From Octopus bimaculoides (taxonomy: Eukaryota), in NCBI RefSeq assembly GCF_001194135.2, contig NC_068991.1:16495100-16559099 (forward strand): 64,000 nt of DNA, written 5' to 3'. The notes under the pieces are model-generated. The model did not search any database and was not told the origin of the DNA. It saw nothing but the letters and a program-made list of their open reading frames with translations. Both the position numbers and the translations under genes were made by a program. Shown piece after piece: positions 37,432 to 50,572 of the stretch (its first letter is position 1; each line of letters starts with the position of its first letter).

Positions 37432-38984
37432 AATGTATAAGAACTTTTAAATAAGTTCCACACCGATAATGGTGCTTACATACCGATGGACTTGGTAAAA
37501 ATCATTAATTATTAATAAATTGATAATCCTTTACTCTTTTAAGTGTGTGTGTGTGTGATTTCTTACTTTGGCATTGTGGAAAGAGACTTGCAGTGGAAGG
37601 CAAGGGGGAGAGGAGAAGTGGGGAGTTGGTGCTCTAGTTGACTGAATCGACTCCAGCATATGACTGGTATATTTTATTTCCCTTAGAGGCATGAAAGGCA
37701 AACATTTGACTTTGGTAAGATTTGAACCCAGAAAATAAACACATAAAACTAAAAAAAGAAAAAAAATGTAATGCATCTATTCTGGCTATTTCCACACTTA
37801 ACTACTACTACTACTACAACTACTATTAAGTAAGTAACCAACTAACTGGGGTGCTTCTATATGGTTGCTTGACCTGTTAGACAAAGCAGCCAAATATCCC
37901 TCAAATGACACACTACCATTACACAACACACATCATCATCATCATTTTACATCTGCTCTCTATGGTGAGATGAGTCATCACATTGCAAGTCCTTCCTTAC
38001 TGGAAGCCACTGTTCTCAGTATGGGGCTCATACATGTCATTTTGGTAAGGTTTCTATGGTTAGATGTCCTCATTGTTAAACCAATTTACAAAATGTACTG
38101 GGAGTATTTTCTTGTCACTCCAGCACTAGAGAGATCGATTAGTCCTCATTGAGACAGGACTAAAGGGATCTCACAGCCCTACATTTTCTCCACAGTCTGC
38201 CATTCACTTTAAGTATTTAATGAGTTATTCTTTTGTGGCACCAGCACTAAAGAAATAGCCAAGTCCTCAGTAAGACAGGACTAAGAAACATTTCAACCCT
38301 ATTTTACCAATGCTCATTTGCCAATCACTTTAGAAGGGTTGCCATGTGTATGTGTGTGTGTGTGTGTGGGGGGGATTTCTTTTGTGGCATAGGGGGATAA
38401 GGGTGCTTTGTACTTCACACTGGAAGTACAGAGAGTACACTCAGCAACTTAAGATGTGTACTCTCACTCAAACAATGTGATCAAGGATGGCAAGGGTGGG
38501 AGAGAAGAGACAGTTGAAGGCCAGAATGGGTGGGTGAAAGAGATAAGAACAGAATGGAAGAGAGAGAGAGAGAGAGTTACATATACACACATATGTATGT
38601 AGATATGTAAAATTAATGCACAATATATAAGGTAGAGTTACCTTCTCTAGTTATGCCAACTCATTAGGGCTGGTTTCTCAGCATGTATATTCCCCACCTG
38701 GATGGGACACTGATCCATCACAGGATTAGTCATTTTCGTCAGCTCAGTGGATTGGAACAACGTGAAATGAGATGTTTTGCTTAAGAACACAATGTGTCAC
38801 CCGGTCCAAGAAACGAAACCACAATATCACGATCATGAGTCCAACACCCTAGCCACTAAACCATGTGCTGCCACAATTTCATTAAGAGTATATGAAATAA
38901 AAAGAAAGAGAGGAGGAGGTATTTCATACCTTTACTCTTTCTTTATATGTTGTGTGTGCATGTGTGTATATGTGTGTGTTTGTG

Positions 38985-39365
38985 TCTGTTCTGCTGTCAA
39001 AAGCGGAACACATGAATCATATGAAGTCACATGAAAATCAAAATTCCCAGGCAGGAAATAATCTCGAACCCCAAACATCTCTTACAGCTTGTGTCATATG
39101 TCAGAAAACTTCTAAGACAATATCTGGACTTAAAAGGCATAAGCTAGTTCACAAAAACATTCCTCCAGAATCAGATTCCAAAGGGCAAAGATGTAGGAGA
39201 AATCTCAATAATATCTGTCACTTGTGTTTTAAACCCTGTCAGTTCGTAGCTGGTCTTAAAAGTCATCTGAGGGTTCATCAACGGAGGGATTATGCTGTGT
39301 GATGGGATGTGATGAGTGTGTTGATGGGACGGCTATCATTTGTCAAGATGAAGCAATCATCATGT
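38985..39365 (+). mobile_element. RTE-type LINE 3' fragment encoding two C2H2 zinc fingers
   Basis: CVIC-x12-HKLVH and CHLC-x12-HLRVH, stop at 39300-39302, then a GGGACGGCTATCAT...CATCATGTAT tail like the other RTE ends. Flanked by GT/ATGT microsatellite. Confidence 0.65.
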
Positions 39366-39403
39366 ATCCATGAGTATATGCATGTATGTATGTATATGTG
39401 TGT

Positions 39404-39786
39404 GGAGGCACAATGGCCCAGTGGTTAGGGCAGCAGACTCACGGTCATAGGATCGCGGTTTCGATTCCCAGACCGGGCGTTGTGAGTGTTTATTGAGCGA
39501 AAACACCTAAAAGCTCCACGAGGCTCTGGCAGGGGATTGTGGTGAACCCTGCTGTACTCTTTCACCACAACTTTCTCTCACTCTTACTTCCTGTTTCTGT
39601 TGTACCTGTAATTCAAAGGGTCAGCCTTGTCACACTGTGTCATGCTGAATATCCCTGAGAACTACGTTAAGGGTACACGTGTCTGTGGAGTGCTCAGCCA
39701 CTTGCACGTTAATTTCACGAGCAGGCTGTTCCGTTGATCGGATCAACTGGAACCCTCAACGTCGTAAGTGATGGAGTGCCAACAAC
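39404..39786 (+). mobile_element. tRNA-derived SINE family A
   Basis: Near-identical to 20437-20825. Confidence 0.9.
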
Positions 39787-40399
39787 ATGTATATGTACAT
39801 CTGGTATTGCATTATAATTCAATAAATGAAGAGAAAATTCAATACCCATCAACGAATTAGATTTATTCTTTTATTATTACACAATTCACATTAAGGTTAC
39901 AATAATATTGTGCCAATCAAAACCATTAAGAAATATGGTTACTGTTGTCTCAGTAGCCATAATATGTTTTCAAGCATTCTGATGAGATACTGGTCAATTG
40001 CCTGAGTCTATGTGACACAATAATGATTTTGATAAGCATAATATTATAGCAACCACCCCTTATGGGACTGTATGCACAGTGTATGTGTGTGTGTGTGTGT
40101 GTGCGTGTGTGCATGCATGCACACAAACACATTGTTTCAAAGCTGATTATTCACTCCGGCACTATTCCAAGTTTCTTTTTAATGGAAATCAGGTATATTC
40201 TACAGGTACATTGGTTTCCCCCAATGTGTAAAAAAAAAAAAAAGTAATAAGAGAAAAGCTTAAAAAAAGAGGAGGAAAAGTTGATCCCAGTGGAATTTGA
40301 ACTTAGGACCAAGGTAAAGAGAGGGAGAAGCTAATTATGCCCTGATTACAGATAATCATCATGTTAAACATCAACATACATATATTCATAAGAATGGTC

Positions 40400-41190
40400 T
40401 AGAGATGTAGACAATCCTCTGCAAAAGTCTTCAGAACTACTATAATGAAGCACCAGATTAAAGAACCATTCCAAAATGCTTAAAGTACAAGAAATGCAGC
40501 CGAAAGAAATTTTGCAGCAATCTTTGGATATTTAAAATAAGAACTCTCTGTGTCTGAGACAAGAATTGTGCTAAAATGCATCAATTGGAAGAGTTGCACA
40601 AAACCTTGTCACTCTTTTTAGAGAAGTCAGAACATCAATTCTATAGTGCATCTGATGCAGGAATTGTACCTAAAAGTATCAGTTGGAAGAAATGCACAAA
40701 TTCTTGCTGTCATTCTTAGAAAAAAGTCATTACAAAAGTTCTAATAGTACAGCTTATTGTGATAAAAATGGAAGAATGGCACAAAATCTTGCTGCAGCTC
40801 TTAAAAAAGTTAGAACAAGCTGGTGTAGGAATTATGCAAAAATGTGGAAAGTGAAAGAATTGTACAAAATTTTGCAGCTGTCAATTAGAAAAGTTAGAAC
40901 ATCTATAAGATGTAGAAATTGTGCAAAAATCCTTCAGCTGGAAAGACGGCATAGAATCTTGCTCCAGTCCTTAGAAATGTCGGAACAATGATCTGGCAAA
41001 TGCAGCTGATGCAAGAATAATGCAAAAATGCATTGTTGGAAGAATTTTGCACAAATTAGAAAAAATCAGAACAACAATTCTAAGAGTGAGTCTGACAGAG
41101 GAATTGTACCAAAAATGCAGTGGATAGAAGAATTTTGCACTGATAAACATTATTGCCAAAGCCCTTAAAAGACAATCAAAATAAATATAA
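40400..41190 (+). repeat. Degenerate ~70-90 bp tandem repeat
   Basis: Recurrent GGAATTGTGC/ACCAAAAATGC..TTGGAAGAA..GCACAAAATCTTG...TTAGAAAA.GTTAGAACA. Confidence 0.7.
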
Positions 41191-41316
41191 AAGTGCCATT
41201 GATGCAAAAACATGCTAGAAATCACTTGATGCAAGGATTTCTACGAATATTTATAGAAGACATCTTTTATGAAAGAGATTCTGATGAGGACTGAGAGAGA
41301 GGGAGGGAGAGGGGGA

Positions 41317-41394
<78 letters not shown>

Positions 41395-44300
41395 GGTTTC
41401 ATTGCTGTTAATTAATTATTCACAAGAAGTCAGTTCTGATTGATTAGGATAATGATGAAAGATGCTCAAACGATGGCAATTCTGTTTATTTGCATATCAA
41501 GGGAACTAAACTGTTTAAACTGTGCCCCATTTTTCAAAACTGTAGTGTGATTTGAGAGATTTAGCTGCTAGCTCTAGCAGGTTAAGTGACCATACAGAGG
41601 CTTCCCCTCATTGCTATTCTACAGTAGAAGGTTATCTCTGAGGTGTGTGAAAATACATCTACATGTGAGTGAGACTATGGATATATGTATGTGATTATGT
41701 ATGTAGGTGTATATGATGTGTGTGTGTATGTAAGTTCATATATATATATGCTTCTATGCATGTATATATGTTTGGGTATAGCAAAACTTTTCAAAAAACT
41801 AAAGCTTTCTCTCAAATGCTACAAAGAAAGAGAAAGAAAGAAGAAAAGGAAGACAGAAATGTCTCCCATTCCACCACTCACCAATTGTGACCATCACTAG
41901 AAGTATTATCAGTGCCATCATCATCATCTCATTTATTCCCCTCTCCCCTACCTCCCCTCTATTTCTATTGTCATCATAGGGCCAAACCACATAACATTAT
42001 TATCTTAATACTGGTTCATACTGGTGTGTGAAGGACCCACAATCTCAATCTAATCTTCACCAAGATCATCTGCAGACTTCTCTTCTTCTTTTTTTTTTGT
42101 TGTTGTTTTATCCTGTGAATGCACTCCAAATCACACACATACATCAAATACACTCATATAATCATACAAACATCACAAGAGCCACATACACACAAACGCA
42201 CCCCACACAAATGCATGCACGTACACCACACAAGTACAAAACATTTTTAGTTTGAATAAAAATAAATAAAACAAGAAAAATTAAAATTAAAAAAAAAAAA
42301 AAAAANNNNNNNNNNNNNNNNNNNNNNNNNNNNNNNNNNNNNNNNNNNNNNNNNNNNNNNNNNNNNNNNNNNNNNNNNNNNNNNNNNNNNNNNNNNNNNN
42401 NNNNNATAGAGATTCTAATATTTTACTGATCGTCAGAAATCTCCTGGCTGGTTTTGCCAGAGAGAGAGAGAGAAAGAGAGAGAGAATTAGATCAAGAGAA
42501 AAAGAAAGAGAGAAAGGAAGATTGGAGGGATCAATAGAAAGAGAAAGACGATGGAATGGAGATGTAGGGAGAGGAAGGAAAAGACAGAGAGAGAGAGAGA
42601 AGCAGAAAAAGAGAATGAACGTGAGATAAAGTCATGAGAGGAAGGAGGTGAGAATGAATAGAATGAGCAAGGGAGACAATACAAATTACTAAACATTACA
42701 TTAATATATCTGGTTTGTAATTAATGCTTTCAAGGTAAAATACTATACATGTTAGTGTAGATATGTTCCCCCACCCCACTATACTGTGGCACAAATGTGT
42801 GCTACATTTGTTCCATAAGTGTGCCATGAGGGTTTGCGATGAATCAAAAAATACTGGGCCATTTAGAAAAGTTGAGTATTTTTGGTACACTGCATTCATG
42901 CATGTGTATTCTTTTGCAACTTTGCAACAAAATGCAATGGATGCACCCATCTCTGTTTTAAAACCGTTTTAATACCCTTTTTGTTTCAATCTTATACTTG
43001 GAAGAGGTCCTTCAAAAGGAACCCTTTTGAAGGACCTCTGAAACTGGTGGGAGGGAAAGGGAGAAGGTATCCTCAAGCTGGAGACCCTGGCTCAGATCCT
43101 CACCACAGAATAGTCTCTACTAAAGGCACCCAGGGTGCTAGACACAATATCAAGGGAAGGAGACACAAGCATACACACTCACCCACACGACAAGCTTCTT
43201 TCAGTTTCCATCTACCCAAATCTTCTCAAGGCATTGGCCAGCTGGGACTATAGCAGAAAAGACTTGCCCAACGTGCCACGCAGTGGGACTGAACCTGAAA
43301 CCATGTGTTTTAGAAAGCAAACTTCTTAACCACACAGCCATGCCTGCACATGTCATCCTAAAACAGATATACATCGTCCTTCCAATGGACTAAGAAGTTG
43401 GGAGACAGAAACCAACAGCTTATGGGTTGTAATTGTAGGAAGGGTCACACATCAAGATATCAAATTATCCTCACACCAGAAATCTGGTTCCAATACTTGC
43501 GATTCAATAGACCCTACCCAAGGGCCAAATGGTGGTGTTAAAACAGATGACAGATTAAGTTTACAGGCAGGCAGACATTATGAAGGAGGGCCATTATCTC
43601 AACATAAGATAGTAGTTGTCTGATATGAGAGACCAAAGCTTCTGAGAGAAATTTAGCAAGTTTAACAAGACTGCTGCAGAATTCAAAGGTGCTGGGATAT
43701 TTTATTTTACTTAGGCCTAGTAGACAACTATAAGCTCTTCTTTGGCTCTCTGGGCCCTGGATCAATGTACCAGCCAAAACCTACTCTTATAGGTCCTGAG
43801 TAGGGCAGTTTTATTATTTATGTAATGAAGTGTTATCATCACTTATGTAATGAAGTGTTATCATGTTATCATCACTTATGTATTGAAGTGTTATCTTTAA
43901 GGTTGTTCAGAGTGTTATGTGAAATGGATTATAAAGTTGAAGTAGTTAACATACCCATCCATTTACACACACACACATTTTTATAAGTAAATATGGAAAC
44001 CTGCAACTGGTAACAATGTAAACCAGTTCCACATGCTAATGGTCAAAGAGTCAGTGACTAAACAGGCCCTCTTCAGGGGTTGCCCAGTAAAGACAGTATG
44101 TGGACACCTAGCAGGATTAAATAACAAATGAAAACCTGTCAAAAGCAAATGAATTCCTTGAGACCCAACAACACCCGTATCCTACAAAGGAGAAGGGTAT
44201 CAGCACAATGTTACCTCAATAAAAATGAAAGAAACAAAACCCAGGTTCCCAATGGCAAAAATACTATCAAAATGACATGACCTGACAGGTAAAAAAAAAA

Positions 44301-45130
44301 AACAAAAAAAACTAGAAGCAAAGAAATTTGAAAAGTTAGAACTCGCCCCTTTCCATAGCACACAGATCATAAGCTTACCAAAGTGTTTTGAATTTTACTC
44401 ATATGAATGTACAGTTAGTATTGACAATGTAACTTAAAAGTAATCAGCAGTTGTAGATTTGATGGGTAGCAACTGTATATGTATGTAGCAGACTAATAAA
44501 CCAGGGTTAGAAAGAAGAAAAAAAAAAGAGAGATGGAGAGGGTTATTTGAAAACACCATCCATTGGCAAAGCTTTATCCCAGTACAGAACCAATAACTCA
44601 CCTATACACCCATTTTTTTTTTCAGTTTTTTTTCTTCTTAAAATTGAAAAAAAAAAAAAAGAAAAATGAATCCAGTATATAATTTAGCTTAAAAATTTTC
44701 TTAAATGTTTAAAAAAGAATGACCATTAATTTGTTTGTTTTTTTTTGTTTTGTTTTTTTTTTTGTAAATTAGAGAAAGAGAAAGCGAGTGAGAAATTGAG
44801 ATAGAGGTGGGGACAGAAAATGAGGACCATTTTAATTAGCAATAATGGCTGCACGTTATATGAGTGAGAACTGGAAATATGTCACTGAGTGAGCACTAGA
44901 TATATACGTATACATATATCTGTAAGTATGTATGTGTGTGTAAAATAAATTTCACACACCACACACTCACATATACATATATATATATACAAAGTGTGGG
45001 GGTTTAGTTCACAGGTGATCTAAATGATTAGGTACACTAGGTAAGTGCTGTAATAGATTACTTGGGCTCCAAGGTTTTAGCCAAGACAGTAGTTATGGAG
45101 CCATTGCAGATTTCCAATGCAGCAGATACA

Positions 45131-45291
45131 TAATTGTTGAACAGGACATCAAACAATAAGGCAAAGCAAACATCTTAAGTCGTATACAATATTATTATAG
45201 GAATAAATTCAAAATTTCTTCCTATAATAATATTGTATACGACTTGAGATATCTGCTTTGCCTTAATGTGTGATGTCCTGTTTAACAATTA
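45131..45291. repeat. Foldback (~75 bp arms) in the probable PRKD 3' UTR
   Basis: TAATTGTTGAACAGGACATC...TATTATAGGAA / TTCCTATAATA...GATGTCCTGTTTAACAATTA. Confidence 0.85.
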
Positions 45292-45298
45292 CATATAC

Positions 45299-45339
<41 letters not shown>

Positions 45340-45628
45340 AATGTTTGTTTTTATGTTGAGTTATAATGAAAACAATTTTATGTTCATGTGAAGAATTCAC
45401 TTTTTTAGAGTACATATTTATTGTTCTTTTACAAGAATAATGTTGATAGTGCCTTCAGCAGACAGTGCATTGGAGTTTAGCAGATCAAAACTTCAAAGTC
45501 ATTGTCAATACTATTCTTGTAAAAGAACTATGTGTGTGTGTGTGTTGATGCTTGAGTGGATGTATACACATGTATGTATAAAATTTCATGTGTTTGTGTG
45601 TGTGTAAAACATAAATTTCAGATAGTTT

Positions 45629-45832
45629 TTAAACCCCATTAGTTGATTTCTGGTCCCGGTTTTTACTGAGGCTGAAACTTTCATGAGGCCCTGAATGACC
45701 AAGATCTAACCAGCTGTTCAGTTTCTGTTCTTGCCTGAACAACTCCCACCTTTCATCATCGGATTCGTGAGTAAGATATCGGCTGCCCACCAAGGATTCA
45801 AGCATCCGGAGATCACACCATGTCAGATAATC
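45629..45832 (-). CDS. PRKD: Protein kinase D, terminal coding exon (DYLTWCDLR...[12 protein letters not shown]...STNGV*)
   Basis: ttccag acceptor; matches human PRKD1 DYQTWLDLRELE...RYITHESDD..W; TAA at 45629-45631. Confidence 0.9.
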   Translation of the reverse strand, partial: DYLTWCDLRMLESLVGSRYLTHESDDERWELFRQEQKLNSWLDLGHSGPHESFSLSKNRDQKSTNGV

Positions 45833-46774
45833 CTGGAAATTAAGAAAAAGAAAGAAAACTAAATAAGTAAAACAGAAATAGTGAGTGTTATGATATTTGA
45901 TTTTTAATATAGGTGCATGCATGGCTGTGTGGTAAGAAGTTTGCTTCCCAACCACATGGTTTCAGGTTCAGTACCACTGTGTGGCACCTTGATAGGGGGT
46001 AAAATATTTTCAACTATAGCCCCAGACCAACCAAAGCCTTGTGAGCGGATTTAGTAGGCGGAAAGTGAAACTGAAGGAAGCCCCTCATATACCATCATCA
46101 TCATCATCATCATCATTTAATGTCTGTTTCCCATGCTGGCATGGGTTGGATAGCATGACAGAAACTGGCAAGGCCAGGAGCTGCACCAGGTTCCATAGTC
46201 TATTTTGCCTGGATGGCCATAGAATGCACTGGGTGCATTTTATGTGGCACCATCACCAGTGCTTTTTAGGTAGCACCAACACTGATACAGTTTCTGGGGC
46301 ACCAGCACCCACACAAATGCTTTTGACATGGTACCATATGTATGTCTTCGTGTTTGTGCCTGTCCCCTACTTGACAACCAGTGTTGGTTTATTTACATCC
46401 TTGTAACCAAGTAGTCTGGCAAAAGATACCAACAGAATGAGTACCAAACTTTAAAAATAAGTACTGGCATTGATTTGTTCAACTAAAATCCTTCAAGATG
46501 GTGCTCCAGCATGGCTGCAGTCCATATAAAGGGTGAAAGGTATATTGGAAGGCCAAATTAAGGAGAAGGATATCAGTCAATTTAATTCATCTCTAGAGCT
46601 TATCGGGTGTTGCTGCTGTTATGTAAACTTGAAGCCATTTCAGTCATAAATGTCTTTTTAGGGTTAAGAGGATCAACATTATCTAATGCATTCTTTTCTT
46701 TAAGATACTAGAGTTGTGAGATATTTAGCAGCTATTTCTAGAAGATCAAATTATCATGTAACATAAATCCCATG

Positions 46775-47095
46775 AATGACCATGGGACTGCACCTAGAAA
46801 CATCCCTCTCTGAGGCACAAGCTTGGGCAAGGTTGTTTATGAGAGACCAGCAGTTGCCCATGCATACCAGCCTCCCCTCTCCATGCCACTGATGTTATCC
46901 AAGGGACAGGCAAAGGGGCCAATACAGCTTGACATCAGTGATGTCACAAATCATTTCTACAACTGCGTGAACTGGAGCAATGTGAAACATGGTGTCTTGC
47001 TCAAGAACAACACGCAGCCCACTCCAGTAACTGAACTCACTATCTCATGATTGTAAGCCCGAAGTTCTAACCACTGAGCCATGCACCTTCACTTA
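46775..47095 (-). mobile_element. tRNA-derived SINE family E; second copy at 54317-54637
   Basis: GACCATGGGA.TGCACCTAG...GGGCAAGGTTGTTTATG..AGACCAGC...CTAACCACTGAGCCATGCACCTTCAC shared by both copies. Confidence 0.8.
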
Positions 47096-48382
47096 GCATA
47101 ATCATGGACAAACTACAGTCTTCGGAATTTTCTGAATGGCATGCCTAATGAAAAATTACCTTGAACTTTTTTTTAGTAATGTGGCCTGCCTGATGATGAA
47201 CCATGTTTCATGTGAATTACTTCTGAAAAAAGGTTGCTCATGCCTGACTTAGAAGCTCCCTCATTGGCTTATGATAGTGGTAGTGGTTAGTGAGGCCTTC
47301 CACTCAAAGAACCAAATGGTGGTGCTAAACTGAGGAGTATCTTAGGCCTTTCATTCAAACCAAGGTTCAGGTATGCAATAATGTAAATGTTAAATACGGT
47401 GCCATGTTAGATGCATAATTAATTGTAGAATAGTTGCTTACAAGTGTATGTACACTATGTAATGATGTAAGTACATCAGGGGTTCTCAACCATTTTTTAT
47501 CTACGGACCCCTTTGATTCCTATTTTACATGGGTGTACCCTCATAGCCATTTGATGTTTAAAAATATCCTGTTATATTTTTATGATTAATATTATTAGGA
47601 CTTGAATAAAAATTGTTAAAATATTTAGTGTATAGTGGATCATCATCATCATCGTTTAACGTCCGCTTTCCATGCTAGCATGGGTTGGACGATTTGACTG
47701 AGGACTGGTGAAACCGGATGGCAACACCAGGCTCCAATCTAAATTTGGCAGAGTTTCTACAGCTGGATGCCCTTCCTAACGCCAACCACTCAGAGAGTGT
47801 AGTAGGTGCTTTTACGTGTCACCNNNNNNNNNNNNNNNNNNNNNNNNNNNNNNNNNNNNNNNNNNNNNNNNNNNNNNNNNNNNNNNNNNNNNNNNNNNNN
47901 NNNNNNNNNNNNNNNNNNNNNNNNNNNNNNNNNNNNNNNNNNNNNNNNNNNNNNNNNNNNNNNNNNNNNNNNNNNNNNNNNNNNNNNNNNNNNNNNNNNN
48001 NNNNNNNNNNNNNNNNNNNNNNNNNNNNNNNNNNNNNNNNNNNNNNNNNNNNNNNNNNNNNNNNNNNNNNNNNNNNNNNNNNNNNNNNNNNNNNNNNNNN
48101 NNNNNNNNNNNNNNNNNNNNNNNNNNNNNNNNNNNNNNNNNNNNNNNNNNNNNNNNNNNNNNNNNNNNNNNNNNNNNNNNNNNNNNNNNNNNNNNNNNNN
48201 NNNNNNNNNNNNNNNNNNNNNNNNNNNNNNNNNNNNNNNNNNNNNNNNNNNNNNNNNNNNNNNNNNNNNNNNNNNNNNNNNNNNNNNNNNNNNNNNNNNN
48301 NNNNNNNNNNNNNNNNNNNNNNNNNNNNNNNNNNNNNNNNNNNNNNNNNNNNNNNNNNNNNNNNNNNNNNNNNNNNNNNNNN

Positions 48383-48675
48383 CTCTCAAGATACTTACAC
48401 TCTGACAGGTATTCACATTGACATTACACATCCAACGGAGCATACTGGCTTCATTCCTTGCGAGCTTACGTATGTCCTCAGCAGTTACAGCCCATGTTTC
48501 ACTGCCATGTAGCATGGCTGTTCGTACACATGCGTCATACAGTCTGCCTTTTCCTCTGAGTGAGAGTCCCTTTGTCGCCAGCAGGGGTAAGAGCTCTCTA
48601 AACTTTGCCCAGGCTATTCTTATTCTAGCAGCTACACTTTCAGCGCACCCACCCCAATTTATTGTACATAAACTT
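48383..48675 (-). mobile_element. RTE-clade LINE fragment
   Basis: MLHGSETWAVT.EDIRKL.RNEASMLRWMCNV. Confidence 0.8.
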
Positions 48676-49136
48676 TACTGATAAAAAACACAAATTTCCA
48701 TGGCTCCTGAAAAATTATCATGGACCCTCAATTTACAATATTGCGTCCATGGGCCTTCAATTTATAATATTGCATCCATGGACCCTCAATTTACTATATT
48801 GTGTCTGTGGACCCCAAAAATCTTATATGGACTCCGGTTGAGAACCCAACATACATAATGGTACAAAGTTATTACCAGTTCAAAATATGTTTGGGACATA
48901 TTCAAACCCACAAGAAAGCTATTCACTGTGTTTTGTCATTTAGCTTTCTTACAGGTTTGAATAATCCCCAAGCATATTTGAACTGGTAATAACCCTGTAT
49001 TTACATACATCACTGCTTAGCGCTGTCACCTACTAATACATAATGGTGTTATGTACTCTACATGTGATGCATAGCAGAAAGGAAGCATCAGTTAAAAAAA
49101 AGGTAAGAAGAGAAGAGAAACAGGAGAGAAGATTAC

Positions 49137-49222
49137 CTGAAGCCACACGTGTGCTAACGATTTATCCACTGTAAAACGTTTCCTCATGTTTACTTGGAGC
49201 AAGTTATTAATCAGATCGATGG
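49137..49222 (-). CDS. PRKD: Protein kinase D exon ([29 protein letters not shown])
   Basis: cacag/gtaatc boundaries, 86 nt, phase 1 to 0; near-identical to PRKD1. Confidence 0.95.
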
Positions 49223-49319
49223 CTGTGAAATAAAAGATGACGAGAATAAAATCAAGTGGAGACAACTCTGCAATGACTGTATTTCATATGCATACACACA
49301 ATTATTAATTCAAGAGACA

Positions 49320-49505
49320 GAAGTCATTTTAAAACTGGTCTGGAAAAGGTTACAAGTTTGAAGACGTACAATACAAATTTTCAAGGATCTGTGGAAGAGG
49401 GAGACCAAGAAAGACATGGGACGAAGTATTAAGGGCCGATCTCAAGACTATCGAGCCTAACGAACTTACAAAGGAGATGACAAAGAACCCAGATATCTAG
49501 TGCCT
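49320..49505 (+). mobile_element. RTE-clade LINE 3' remnant
   Basis: GRGRPRKTWDEVLRADL..LTKEMTKN. Confidence 0.65.
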
Positions 49506-50528
49506 TACCATAGCATAATTGATACAAGTGCTGGTGCCACATAAAAAGCACACAGTATACTCTGTGGTGTGGATGGCACAAGGAAGGGCATCCAGCCACA
49601 GAAACCGTGTCAGAACAGACAATAGAACCTGGTGCGGCCCCTAGCCTTATCAGCTCTAGTCAAACTGTCCAACCCATGCCAGCATGGAAAACGGACATTA
49701 ATGATGATGTAACAATGATGATTAAATGAGAAGATGCATTGGAGAAATGATTGATGAACAGAACAATATTAATTATGACAGTGGACATCGTTGCATTCTT
49801 GTGTGTATATATGTGATTTGTTTGTTGATGCAGTAAAATATTTTCTGTGGACCCATGGAGGTAAGTATACAATTAGTTCATTATTATTATCATTACCCCA
49901 GCATGGGCTATAGGCACAGGCATGGCTGTGTGCTAAAGAAGTTTGCTTTTCAACTACGTGGTCTCAGGTTCAGCTCACTGCACGGCACTTTGAGCAAGTA
50001 TCTTCTACTACAGCTCCAGGCCAACCAAAGCCCCAGCCAGTGTTGTGAATGCATTTTGTAGATGGAAATTGGAAGGGGCCCACCCTCTATATATATTCTT
50101 TTACTCTTTTATTCTGATACACATTTCAGTCATTTGACTGCAACCATGCTTGAGCACCACCTTAAAGGGTTTTAGTCGAGCAAATCGACCCCAGGAATTA
50201 TTCTTTGTAAGCCCAGTACTTATTCTATTGGTCTCTGTTGCCAAACTGCTAAGTTATGGGAACATAGACACACCAACATGAGTTGTCAAGTGATAGCAGG
50301 GGGTAAATACAGACATACACATAAATATATATACGATGGGCTTCTTTCGGTTTCCGTATACCAAATCCACTCACAAGGCTTTTGGTCGGCCTGAGTTTAT
50401 AGTAGAAGACACTTGCCCAAGGTACCACGCACTAGGAATGAACCCAGAACCACGAAGTTGGGAAGCAAGCTTCTTACCACAGAGCCACACCTGTGACTAT
50501 GTATATATGTATGAGTTTATGTGTGTGA

Positions 50529-50572
<44 letters not shown>

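Noticed and set aside
43003-43039. Perfect 17-bp hairpin AGAGGTCCTTCAAAAGG/CCTTTTGAAGGACCTCT
   Set aside because: Too short for a pre-miRNA and without supporting context; likely a MITE remnant.
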